A DNA stretch of 64,000 nucleotides, from the NCBI RefSeq assembly GCF_001447785.1, contig NW_015163107.1, positions 711,326 to 775,325 of the forward strand, given 5' to 3'. Of the stretch, positions 36,143 to 48,406 are shown piece after piece; positions within the stretch are counted from its first letter, which is position 1; every line of letters starts with the position of its first letter. Below the pieces are notes generated by a model. The model made no database searches and was not told where the DNA came from. It worked only from the letters and a program-made list of their open reading frames with translations. Origin of the DNA: Gekko japonicus (taxonomy: Eukaryota). The position numbers were made by a program, and so were the translations under genes.

Positions 36143-37319
36143 GCTAATCATTCCCAGAACTGCCCGCTCACTCTTTTATTCCCTTGTGAATGCTGCTTAA
36201 TATTTTAAAATGTATATCCCACATCTGTCAAGGGTTCAAGCTAGCTTACATAAATCAATAATAAAAAATACAATACACAAACAATAACACATTAAGTCAA
36301 TGGATCAACCCTGTAAAAAAACTCTCATAACAATTTCAATCAACTGCCCTTCAAGGTGAAGCAACCTTTTAGACCCCCAGAATCAATAATTATTTTAATG
36401 TGGCCTTCTAAATAGAACAGTCTTGTGTGCTTGTTTAAAAGAAATAAGGGAAGGAGAAACTTGGATTTCTTCCACAATGCTATTCCAAAGGGTGATGCCA
36501 TGATGGCGAAACACCATATCCTAATGGGAACCCATCACTCTTGGCAAACAGAGGGAATAGCCATTAGAAATTATTAGGTGACCTAAAATGGCAAGTGGGA
36601 TGATGATAAGAAGAGACGGTCCCTTGGGTAAGCAGGCCCAGACTGCATTTTGCACAATGCTAACTTTCCACATTGGTCAACCGCTGTCACTGGAACAGCA
36701 AAACCCACCACATACTGCACCTTTATGTCTAAAGAGATAGCCAGGTTAGTCTACTGCAGCAAAAAATAAACAGGAACATGACTAACCAAATTTTATTCCA
36801 ATATAAGTTTATATGCTGACCCGTTCTTCAGACATGAATGGATCCTCACTACGCTACCATTTTGAATTTTACTTAATTACATTTCACCTTGCATGCCTGC
36901 ATCTTATGGCTCCGTGATCACACCATTTGTTTGTTTTTCATACCTCAAACACAAAATGAGAACATAATTCCCAGGTGGGGAAAGGAGAGAGTCTGACATG
37001 TGAAAATATGGCTAAGTCAATCCAGGCCACCATTCTCAAATTATCAGCTATTTTTGATAATTTGCAGACAAGTATATTGTCTGCACATGACCGGAATCTC
37101 AGATATAAGTTGTCCCCAATGAAAAGGAAGGGATCTTCTTCATTTTTTGATGGTTCATTCCACCAAAGAAAGTTTAGTTAAATGGGATCTGTTGTCATGG
37201 AGTGACTGATAGAATGAGCCATGATCTGGGAAGTCCCTGGTTCAATTCTCACCTCTACTGCGGACTCATTAGGTGATCTCATAAAAGCCACTTGCTCTCC
37301 TTGGCTTCAGAACTCGGCT

Positions 37320-37715
37320 TCAGGCTGGATGTGCTCCTGGACTGGGAGTCCCGTCAACAGCCTGGCTGCAGCATTTTGCACCAGCTGCAGCTTCCGTATT
37401 TAAGACAAGGGCAGCCCCATGTGGAGAGCATTACAGTAGTCCAATCTCGAGGTGACCACTGCATGGATCGCTGTTGCCAAGTCGTTGCGTTCAAGGAAGG
37501 AAACCAACTGCCTAATCAGCCACAGATGGTAAAAGGCTACCTTGGCAGTGGCTGCTACCTGGGCCTCCATTGTTAAGGAGGCATCTTGGAGCACTCCCAG
37601 ACTCCTAACCTCCGACGTTGGGACCAGAAGTGCCCCATCAAAGGTCGGGAGCAGGATCCCTACCCTTGGACCACCCCGACTCAGGCAAAGGACCTCCGTC
37701 CTCATCAGATTCAAT
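37320..37715 (-). mobile_element. L2 LINE fragment
   Basis: TEVLCLSRGGPRVGILLPTFDG...[16 protein letters not shown]. Confidence 0.9.
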
Positions 37716-39509
37716 ATACATGTTGGAATTTACATCTGTTAACTGAAATAAAGATTACCTACATCACAGGATTCTCCAAGCATATTAAAAAACCTTGTTT
37801 ATTTCATTTCTAAAGTCTGCACAAAATGCACGGCTGTATAGAATCATATATAATAACTATTACTCTCATTCTTCATGTATTTAGGATTTTGGCAGTTGCT
37901 CTCACAAAAGTTGATTCATACATACCAATTATTTTCTGAATCACTTAATTCAAAAATTTTCTGCACTGTGCTTATGGAGTGAAGGTTGCCCATCGTAACC
38001 ATGACACAGAATATGTGAAGTTGTATTCATTATTGGATGAACCCATTCCCATTCAGATGTTTTGTGAGATTTCAAACCTGTTCCTGAACAGATATTCAAA
38101 GCAAAATAGAAATAAGATCTTGTTACATACCCAAGTTAACTGTCTGCTTGTCTGGGTTTACTGCCTTGATTACAGGTTGGACCTGTGAAATTCACTTTCA
38201 ATTGCTTCCCCATGACATTTGCTCTACATAGCAACATACATACAACACCCCATAAAATACTCATGTTCGTTGGGAGGAGGGGGAATCATCAACTCGATAG
38301 GACAACCCCACAGCACACATGGTTTGCTGCCTGCTGCCATTATGGCAGTTTAAGTTTGCCATCATGAAGCTGCACATTATTTGCTCCCCAATTTTGGACA
38401 ATATAGATTTTGACAAATTTGACTGGGAGACCGTATCTCAAGCTAAATATAAAATAATGCTGTTTAGCTAAAAGGTCGAACCTGTCACTCCTATCAAAAG
38501 GAAAAGTTTGTCCTTGCAAATTAATGTTTTGGTATGCTGTATATTTAACACATGTTTTGCTAGCATACACACACACTTGATCTTAGCCAAAAGGCCGAGA
38601 AGCTGCACATTCATGTGCATTGGTTCTACAAAAGGCAAATCACGGGTTGTTATGCCTTACCCAGAAAAAGTGATTGGGGTTCAAGCTTCAATGAGCCCTT
38701 CAGAAACAACACAGTAACTTTCGAATTGGTGGTGGTGGTGGTGAGTACAACAAATCGCAGCCAATTCACAACAACCCTGTAGAGTTTGCAAGGCAAGGAT
38801 CAAACAGAAGTGGTTTGCCATTGTCTGTCTCCACACTGCAAATCTGGACTTCCTTGGCAGTCTCCCATCCAAGTACTGCCCAGGGCCAACCTTGGGTAGT
38901 TCCTGAGGTCGGAGAGATCAAGTTAGCCTGGGCCATCCAGGACAGAGGTAGTTGAATTGATACCTCTCGTTATATTAAGATTGCTTTGAATCCTAAGCAA
39001 ACAATCAAGAAATTAATGCAAGAAGAATATTTATTGACTTGCCAATTCTAACTGGATGTTGCCTTGCAGCTGGCCTAACAAGGCTTGCCATCTTACCCAC
39101 CACCCCTTCAGTCTACATTAATTACATATTTCATGCTGCTAAAAGTGTGGGAAAGATTATGAGATGCATTAAATGTCCTCCATCTCTCTTGCTAGCTCAA
39201 CAAACCAATCAGGAGGAGGGAGGTAACAAGTGTTTTAAGCTGGATCATCATGGTGCTAACCTGCCACAACGCATAGAACTGCCCATGCAACTCCATAGTG
39301 GATGAGAGGAAGAATGGGGAGCCCTGGCAAAATAATAAAAATGTCTGCGACACTGGAACCAATCATAGCATGCCAGGGATGACAAGACCTGAACTACAAC
39401 CATGTGGGGGCTGTATGTGCTCAGGCATCACAGGTCTCTTCAGGTGCAGAACAGGAGAACCTTGTGCCTCCTGTACTTCAAATACCAACTTTATCCAGGA
39501 GAGAAGCCA

Positions 39510-39975
39510 TGAATTAGCAGCTGAGCACATGCTTTGTATACAGAATGTTCCAGAGTCAATTCCCAGCAACTCCAATTAAACCATCTCAGGAAACAGGTGT
39601 TAGGAAAGACTTCCCTTCAGACCTTGGAGAGCCACTGCCATTCGGAATAGACAAGACTGAGACTGATTTCGCACAAGGAGCTGCGCCGCCGTCGCACCTC
39701 CCTTTGCCCCGTTTCCGTTGGTCAATTTCCCACTTGAAGCCGCGCGGCTGCATTTTGACCTGCGGCTTCACCCAATTTTCCCCGCGGTTTCCTGATCGTC
39801 AAAAAACAGGATCACGAAATTGCAGGGAAAATCGGGCGAAGCCATGGGTCAAAATGCGGCCGCGCGGCTTCGAGTGGGAAATTAACCAATGGAAACAGGG
39901 CAAAGGGAGGCGCGACGGCGGCGCAGCTCCTTGTGTGAAATCAGCCTGAGTAAAAGGAATCAATAGTCAGACTCA
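39510..39975 (+). mobile_element. tRNA-derived SINE interrupted by a Harbinger MITE
   Basis: GAGCACATGCTTTG head and GAGAGCCACTGCCA...TAGACAA body; related tandem copies at ~59595-59995. Confidence 0.6.
39661..39946. mobile_element. Fold-back PIF/Harbinger MITE, 286 bp
   Basis: Near-perfect palindrome, termini GACTGATTTCGCACAAGGAGCTGCGCCGCCGTCGC / GCGACGGCGGCGCAGCTCCTTGTGTGAAATCAGCC; 3-bp TSD TGA. Confidence 0.92.
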
Positions 39976-40734
39976 CTGCCTTCATTCCACTGGAGCATTT
40001 CTGGGGACAGAAGGATTTCCACATCCACAGAGTTCAGTTTTCTCACCTACCCCTCCTACTACCCACTAAAATGCTGCAGCATATTAGGGTCATTTTGGGC
40101 TGCAGTGGGAAGGGTGAGAAAGTTGCGCTCCTCAGATGTGGAAATGGTCCAGTACAAGTCACTCTCATATGATAGTCTCCTGAACACAAGAATACAAGGA
40201 TGGAATATGCCTCTTCCAAGTCTAGATTTGGGTGCCGACACCCACTGCCTGGTCTGGACAGCATGTCTCATTTAAGGGGAGCAGAGAATTCAGAGCTTGT
40301 TCACTGCCCCGTGGCTAAATAGTTACCTCCTTGTGGTTTCATGTGGGAAACAAGGCATGATTCAGTCACACCCCACATTTCCCACATTTCTCCTACTCTT
40401 TTCAAAGCACGGATCAGCATCATTGGGATGATGTCAAAATCAAACCCTCAGAGATGTAAGGCAACCAAAATCAGCAGCAAAGGCATCTGTATTTTTTAAA
40501 TTTTAAAAATTCTAATATGCAAATTTGACTGCCCAAATACCCAATCAATTATTTAAACATGAACAACTGCCTTATTAAGCTCTTTGTCCCGGACTCACCC
40601 CTCATTCACATATGTCATCACATTTTCCAATTTGGTGATGTCTTGACAAATCAGCTTTCTCAGTATGTAAGAATGTACTCAGTATTTCAGGTAGCAGGGC
40701 TGAAAATACCTGTGCCTGAGGCTTTGGAAAGTCA

Positions 40735-41460
40735 CTCTACTCAGAGTAGACCATTTGGGGGCATGGTCTAGCATGACTCAGAAGGCTGCTTCATTTGTTC
40801 ACAGCAAGACTGGCATCTGAGCAGGGCCGACCCCAGCTTATTTTGCACTAGGCGAGGATCCCTTCTGGCACCCCCCCCCATGTGCCGCCCCCTCCCCCTG
40901 TGCACTTGGGTGCTACCGCCAGTGGCCAGAGGATTTCCGCACCGACTGACCCACTTTGCCCAGCTGCTGCCTCATCCAGCTGCCCAGCGCCTTTCACGGC
41001 CCCTGCCAGTGGAGCCTCCCACGAGCTGGCAGGTCACAGGAATGGGCTGTGCTGGGTAGGGGGGCTTTTGGTGGGGGGGGCAGGTGCAGTTTGGCGGCCC
41101 TAAGGGCCGGCTTGCTGTAGGTGAATGCCTAGTTCGCCTAGTGAGCGAGCCGGCCCTGCATCTGAGGATGAAGCCAGTTCTCCCAGCAGGGCATTTTTGG
41201 AGATGGGACCAAGGCCCAACCAGCTCCATCTAGTGGGACATAAATATTTAAAATAAAACAAAACATAATTAACATTTATTTGGAAGACGAGCCTCGAACT
41301 GAATATATTTTATGAACACATGTCCCACACTTCCAACGGCACCTGGCCTGACCACACAACTGTCAGGTATTGCAGTGGGACAAGCGGCACAGGCTGTATC
41401 ATTTGTCCAGCTGGCTCCTAAGGTCAATGTGAGAAAAATGGAATTGCCTTTATTGGCAGA
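40735..41460 (+). repeat. Local duplication copy A (contains MITE)
   Basis: Aligns over ~390 bp with 43586-43974 once the MITE is removed. Confidence 0.92.
40822..41158. mobile_element. hAT MITE, 337 bp
   Basis: TIR CAGGGCCG / CGGCCCTG, subterminal CACTAGGCGA / TCGCCTAGTG; exact 8-bp TSD CATCTGAG; empty site present at 43671-43678. Confidence 0.95.
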
Positions 41461-42647
41461 TCTTTCCAACCTGAACCATGGGCAACCGTTTTCTGGATGT
41501 ATTCACCGATTTGTAAATATAGAGTCCAGGAGTTAGGTCAAAGATTATAGTAATTTGACGCCGATATAAAAATAACACAGACCTCACCATGGGTTTGGTT
41601 TACAGTAAGGGCAGTAATTTACAGTGATTTGGTGTGGCCCCCAAAATTTTTTTGAATGTGTCCATTAGGCTGATGCTTAATGAAGGTGTGATGTTGACAT
41701 CTAGGAATCTGAACTGTCTGTCTAGTAAACTGCACTAGACAAACACTCTTGCTGATTCAGGTCATTCTCAAGTCCTTGTGTGCATGTTCTAAAGTCTACA
41801 TACATTTAACACCCTCAATGTGTCTCACTTAAGTACACTTACATAAATAAATATACTGAATAAAATAGTGTCTACATAATACATCCAATGTGGAATAGAG
41901 GGAAGACACAACCCCATTATCAGGATCTTATCCAGATTTTTTCTCAGTTACCATAAATTTCACATTTGCTTCTGTACCATGAAAATGTAAGTATAAATAT
42001 CTAATTTACTACTATTGCCTTCCCACTTTTATCTAATGGAAAGGAATAGATGAAACTAGCATTCTAATTAGCATTATTATCTATTCTAAGTAAATCTTGT
42101 CACAGAAGAAAAGAGACAGACAGGGCTTTCCACAATTGCTACACCAATAATAATAACAGTATTATTACAATATATAGTTGTATAACATGTTTCCTAAGGG
42201 TCCAAAGAATTAAGATATGCCCGCTTAATCACCTTAATAAAATCCACAGAACGTATGCCAGTCTTATTATCCGAATTATACAAGCAGGCCTGACGAAATG
42301 GGTTGTCTAAGACCACCAAACAAGTTCACAGCTGAGGTGAAACAGCCAGGAACCAGAAATGACCTGGCCCATGGCTCATTCTAAAGCCCTGTGCTCCATT
42401 CCCTAGAGTTTATACACAATAATTAAGCATGTATTGAAACCTCATTAAAAGTTGCCTGTTTTAGAAAGAGAACACTGATGAAAACATTTAAATAGCTCGA
42501 AAAATCCCAAGAACCTGGTCATCTGGCACCTTAAAATTTGATGTGCCCCCCCCACATTTGAATGTTTCCCAACCTCTTAATGAAGGTGTGATGTTGGCAT
42601 CTAGGAATCTGAACTGTCAGCCTAGGCTTCAATGCCCAGTAACAATT

Positions 42648-43057
42648 TCTAACCATTCTGCAAGTGTAGCTCTGCAGCCCCTTTACATAATATGGAAGTA
42701 AATAATCTTCAAATTAATGGGACTGGTTTGCAAGGAAAGAATAGCAAGGCTCAGGCTGTTTGTGACTAAGCTTGAATTTGTTTTATTCCTTTTCCTCCTT
42801 TTATAGATGTAAATATAGTAGGTATTTCCACAGCTCCACCTGGTTTTTTTGCTCTAACCATTTTGCAAGTGTAGCCCTGCAGTCCCTTTACATAATATGG
42901 AAGTAAATAAATCTTCAAAGTAATGGGATTGGTTTGCAAGGAAAGAATAGCAAGGCTCAGGCTGTTTGTGACTAAGCTTGAATTTGTTTTATTCCTTTTC
43001 CTCCTTTTATAGATGTAAATATAGTAGGTATTTCCACAGCTCCACCTGGTTTTTTTG
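42648..43057. repeat. 205-bp tandem duplication
   Basis: TCTAACCATT...CCACAGCTCCACCTGGTTTTTTTG starts at 42648 and 42853, few mismatches. Confidence 0.95.
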
Positions 43058-43585
43058 GTTTTTAATCACATGGTGTTTGGTGGATAGACTTTGCTTCATG
43101 TTGAAAGTTCAGCTGCTATATTAGGGGTTAGGGAGAATCTCCCCCCTTAAGGGAAAACTGCCCTTTTTTGCCTTTCTTTGTAACATGCAGCTTGGATCTC
43201 TCACCTGAATCATCCAAATCGTTCAAGAAGTTATCTAAGAACACCAGCATGAGCTGCCTTCTTCAGTCCACTTCCCTGCCTGCAGTCCTCTATAACCCAC
43301 ATAAAATACATTAGCAATGCTATCCTAAGCAGTTTTATTGACTTCAATGGGCTCAGAAAGGTGGGATTCTGCTTAGGATGGCACCATAAACCTGCAAGGA
43401 GGACTATTCATAGCTGAGCATGGGTTGGGATCTGCAGAATCTTGCTTTGAGGCAGAAACTGGATTAGATTATCACTGGGTCCTTTTTTGGTTTTTATTTC
43501 CACATAGCCATGTAAGAAAGGAATCCAGTTGATTTTTAACACAGGCAGGAACACGTTTATGGCTAGTCAAGGGGACCAAGACACT

Positions 43586-43974
43586 ACTCTACTCAGAGTA
43601 GACTATTTGGGGCTACATCAAACGACAGCATGACTCAGAAGGCTGCTTCATTGGTTCACAGCAAGGCTGGCATCTGAGGCTGAAGCCAGTTCTCCCAGCA
43701 GGGCATTTTTGGAGATGGGACCAAGGCCCAACCAGCTCCATCTAGTGGGACATAAATATTTAAAATAAAACAAAGCATAATTAACATTCATTTGGAAGAC
43801 TAGGCTGGAACTGAATGTTTTTTATGAGCACATGTCCCACACTTCCAACGGCACCTGGTCTGACCACACAACTGTCAGATATTGTTCTGGGACAAGTGGC
43901 ACAGGCAGTCTCATTTGTCCAGCTGGTTTCCGAAGACCAGTGTGAGAAAAACAGAATTGCCTTTACTGGAAAGA
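43586..43974 (+). repeat. Local duplication copy B (no MITE)
   Basis: Long identical runs such as TGAAGCCAGTTCTCCCAGCAGGGCATTTTTGGAGATGGGACCAAGGCCCAACCAGCTCCATCTAGTGGGACATAAATATTTAAAATAAAACAAA shared with copy A. Confidence 0.92.
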
Positions 43975-44529
43975 CACCATCAACATTCAAAAAAATGGTG
44001 GCTTTCACAGTATCACTCACTACCAAACAGGGTTTTGACTGAATGAAGGCTTCTTTTATCCAGATTAACCTAGGATGCAAAGCAGGGTACCAAATGCATT
44101 ATAATAGAAAGAATCCTGATCATGTAACCATCTTGGGAGCTTATAGAAACAATACATTATATAGTGGCCCAACCACTCTTATTTTGATGATTCATATTGA
44201 AATTTCATTAAACGGGGACTTTTCTAGCTCAACATCTTAAACTTCATACACCAGTCTGACAAAGGCTGGCATTTAAAGCCAATCTTGTCAGTTTAGTGAT
44301 GTTGCATCTCTTGTGTGTGTGTGTTTTAAAGGACACCATCCAGTTCTTTCTGGATGGCCCTTTACATCCTCTTGGCTATATAGTTAAAGTATTCCTGCAC
44401 TTTTCAGGAAGGCATAAATGAATACAGAACATCATTGAAGCAGCAGAAATGTTCCACCAAATTAAAGGGGAGAAAAGAGCAACCTTGCCAGTAAATTACT
44501 AGATCTCCTGTTTACACGAAAGACACGCG

Positions 44530-44553
44530 CACACACACACACACACACACACA
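44530..44553. repeat. (CA)n microsatellite
   Basis: Direct reading. Confidence 0.9.
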
Positions 44554-44685
44554 AAAGCTTCCGGATATGGATTCTGCTTATTAAGCTATCACACTTTCTG
44601 TGATTAGTTATTGCAAACAAACCTCAGAAAACACACTCTCTCCATTACAGTCTCCAATTCATTTGTGTTTCTGGGTAAAAGCTTT

Positions 44686-44818
44686 AAAGGTAAAGGTTCC
44701 CTTGCTCGAAAGCCAGTCGAATCCGACTCTAGGGTTGCAGTGCTCATCTCCGTTTCAAAGCCGAAGAGCCAGCACTGTCCGAAGATGTTTCCGTGGTCAT
44801 GTGGCCGCCATGACTAAA
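44686..44818 (-). mobile_element. Sauria SINE 3' fragment
   Basis: Reverse complement of ~21537-21669 including (ACCTTT)n tail. Confidence 0.9.
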
Positions 44819-45729
44819 ATAACTTATCAGCTTAAAAATTAATGTACATTGGCCAGATCATAAGATGTACCATATCACTGACCTAACAAGTCAATGAAAT
44901 CAGTATTTTTAGTCAACAACTAAAGCCCCTCCTCTCCTCACCCAAATGACACAACTACTCCTAGATCCCACTTAGTAATGCTGGACATGGCCTCTCCACG
45001 GTTATCTGAGAGAAGAGGACTAAACATCAAATTTCTTCGATGGTGACAGACAGGGAGGAAGCACACTGAAAGTGTTTTAGAAGAGGAAAGAGAGATGATT
45101 TGCTGCAAACTCCTCCCCCACACACACACAAACCAAGGGGCTTCATTCCAGTCACTGCTTTCTCTCCCATACATCCTCCTGGCTGAATGACAGAATGTAG
45201 GCAAAAACACACACGAGAGGGGAAAATCAGGTGATCCATCAGAACAAAGGAAGAACACACAGAAAACCACCTGGCTCCGTGCATGTCACATACACACCAT
45301 CTTCACATCCATCCACCACCCAACCACCCCGCAACCCCAATCACTTCCACCCACCCCTTATTCCACACCTCTGGGCAAGCTTGCATTTGCCGATTGCTGC
45401 CCCCCTCCTCCGTGGATCTCCCCCTCCCCACTTTCACCACAAGAAATCTCTGCTGAGCAAGAAATCCTCTTCCTTACCAAAAGCAAAACACACACACACA
45501 CAGTAGTTCAATATGCACAAATAGCCAGAGCATCTGAGATAAAGGGGTGCTGGTATTTACAGCTATCAGCAGCTACAAGGTTTCCCTGCCTATTACACAC
45601 AGATCCTGCATCCTCCCGTGGAGAAAGGAAAACACCACCCGAAGGGGTGGGGGAAGATTCAGTTTTTCACACAGCGACTTAGCTGATCGGAGGTGGCTGC
45701 AATTCAGTGGGAACAGGCCAATGGCTTAC

Positions 45730-46300
45730 CTCTCCAGGGAGCAGCAGAACAGACAGGCAGAGCCAGCAGCAGCCACTGGAACTCGTCCTGGGTGGCTTCC
45801 GCCCAGCCAGCCAGCCAGCCAGCCTGCCGTCGTGTGTCCCGACAAGCCCAGCGTCCAGCGTCTGCCTATGTCTCCGTCTCTCGGTCGTGCCGCCGCTGCT
45901 GGGCCTGACTCCCCTTTCACGTGATGCAACCACATGACCCAAAACATTACTCTCCCCCCGCCGGCTCCTGATCTGTCCCCTCCTCTTCTCTCGTCTTCTG
46001 CAGTAGGCAAAGAACCGAAATCAAAAAATAAAAAATACAGATGGGCACGCCAGAACCGTTTCAATGCCAGGGCTGACAGCCCCAGGAACAGAGGAAAGAC
46101 TAAAACGAAGACAGTGTCTCTAAGCACGTGCAGAGCGTCCCGGCTGCTCAGCGCAAGGTAATTGCTTCCGTCTAGGATCAAAGGCAGTGTCTCCAGATCA
46201 AAGAGTTCGGCTTACAGATCCTGGCGGGATGACTGTTCTTTTAAGGAAAAGAAAGGATGTTATTACTTGGTTGTCTTCTATCAGGATGTTCCTGATACCG
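45730..46300 (-). other. TULP4: Probable TULP4 non-coding first exon and CpG-enriched promoter (5' boundary uncertain)
   Basis: Consensus donor GAG|GTAAGC at 45730/45729; local CpG enrichment not explained by a MITE; E-boxes CACGTG at 45918-45923 and 46125-46130; position between TULP4 coding exon and GTF2H5. Confidence 0.65.
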
Positions 46301-48406
46301 TTTGGACAGGGACAAAATACCCGCAGGATTTACTCCAAACGTTCCTAAAACGCTAGTATTCTCACAGTGAAAGACTGGCAGGTCACCTTTTACAGGAGAG
46401 GCCCAGCACAAGTAAACAACAAAACAACACTGATTGTCACCTACAGCTCTCAGATTAACCTCCCCAGTGTATCATTACAAATCTACAGCCTGTTCTGGAT
46501 CCATCCCTCTCACAGGCCTTGCATAGGGTATCAGTCTTTGCTTGCAGACAGCTCCCCAACCTGAAGCAACTACTGGCCAACAACAATGGACCACCCGATT
46601 AAGACACAACTCCAGGGATTAGTCTATGTAATAAATTTTGTCCCCATAGTAAGCAATATCATAGACCCCAATGACATTAGTTACCAGGGGCTCATTCATT
46701 TGTATATCCTTAAACACAATATATTCTATTAGATGCCAGCAATGCCCTTCCACTACTTAAGCTGGACTAGGCAGTCACTATAGAAGCCTCAAAACAGGTA
46801 TTAACAATGGAAATGTTCATTTCAGCCTCCCTGGACATCAGTAATAGACTTAAAAATTGCACTACTTCAACAACCAGATTTCAAAGGAATACACCAAGGA
46901 TAAGCTGCTGACTTGGAATTTATGTATCAATCTGATACCATCAAACATGAACTCAGTAGGAACTCGGGGTGGTTACCTCATTATAAAAAGTAATTGTTCC
47001 TCCTTAACAGGTTAATGTACATGGTTCAGGTTCATCATACACTGCCAATCCATCATTATCTGGGAGTGGTTCATGCTGAGTGGATTGTTTACTATTTGAC
47101 TGGATCTTGTTTTTCATCCATGTTCTGCAATGTTTTTTTTGTGTTGGGAAACAGTAACTTATGATTAGGCACTGTATGTGGCAGTAGTCCATATTATGTT
47201 TCTTGTAATAATGCATAATGTTTTCACAACTATCAGGCAGCAAAAGTAGTCTGAAGAGGGGAGTTTGGAAATAGTGTTCCCCCCTAACTAGTAATTCTGT
47301 TAGTGCCATTTGAACTGTGGTTATATAGTGCCTATTGGCTTGTGCCTGTATCCTCATGTACAGTAATACATTCCTATGTCTCCTCCAACCCCAACTGTAT
47401 CCCTGCAGCAAGAATGCTCATCTATGCATGTACAACTGAAAGACAATTCTTGATTGATGGTCTCTCTATCACAGCAAACTTTTGCCAATCATAGAGCTAT
47501 TTGTTTTCTATTTCGTTTTAGTTTATGCACATTTCCTCTATGGTTCTAGACCTCGTATGTGTAGAAAAAAAGAATGGCTTCAATACATCCTACACAGCAA
47601 AGTCTATACCCCTCTCAGCAGAACCAACCTGCCCTTTGGCCATCCAACATGAAGGGATGGTATATGCCATTCCCCCACCCCCACTATAACACTTGTGTCT
47701 GGCTCTTCCTCACTCCAGGACCTCCTTTCCATGCCTCAGGAAGGGTCTCAGAATTTAGAGAGAAGGGGGATTGGCAACACCCTTGGAGCGTCTGTCTCTA
47801 ACCAGCCAACATGGGACAGATCTGGCATTTTCTTCTTGGCCTTCCCTGGGCTGGCCTAATAAAGGATCCTGTACATGCCCTTCAAGGTTGGACTCATGAT
47901 GGTTGAAGGGAATCTGAGCCACGCTGCCCAGAAATGTGATGGCAGCAGCCTCAGAGCCTGGCAGGCCCAGCACATGCCTCAGATGGAGGTGGGGTTCAGG
48001 CAGCAGGCTACACTTGGGAACAGGCCAGAGGAGGAAGCCAGCAGCGATTGGGGCCTGTGCAGGCAGAGCAGCTTCTGGGGAGGGTGGAGCAGGAGAGAGG
48101 AAGGCTGGTGGCCTCTTGTTGGGCTGCCTGTGCTAGGCTGTCCCCTGCCGGCATCTCCTCTGGTGCGGATGAGTACTGGGGTGGAGCTGCAACCCCCGGA
48201 CAAATTGTCCACAGTCAATAATTATTAAATTCAAAATTTATGTGTGCAGTCATCCACTGTAAATGGGATATGTGCCACACTAGTAATAACAGATCATGTG
48301 AGAATTCTGCTAAGCGGTGTAAGGTACATATTTTTATGTACAATGCAGTGAACCACATCATTGCTATTCTTCCATGACTTCTTGACCACGTTCCATCCTA
48401 CTTTTT

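Noticed and set aside
27453-39946. Scattered CpG-rich patches as CpG-island promoters of hidden genes
   Set aside because: Each has TIRs and TSDs, so they are young MITE insertions
47004-47411. 135-aa minus-strand ORF upstream of TULP4 exon 1
   Set aside because: Non-ATG start and no recognisable family; could be an old retroelement remnant but unsupported
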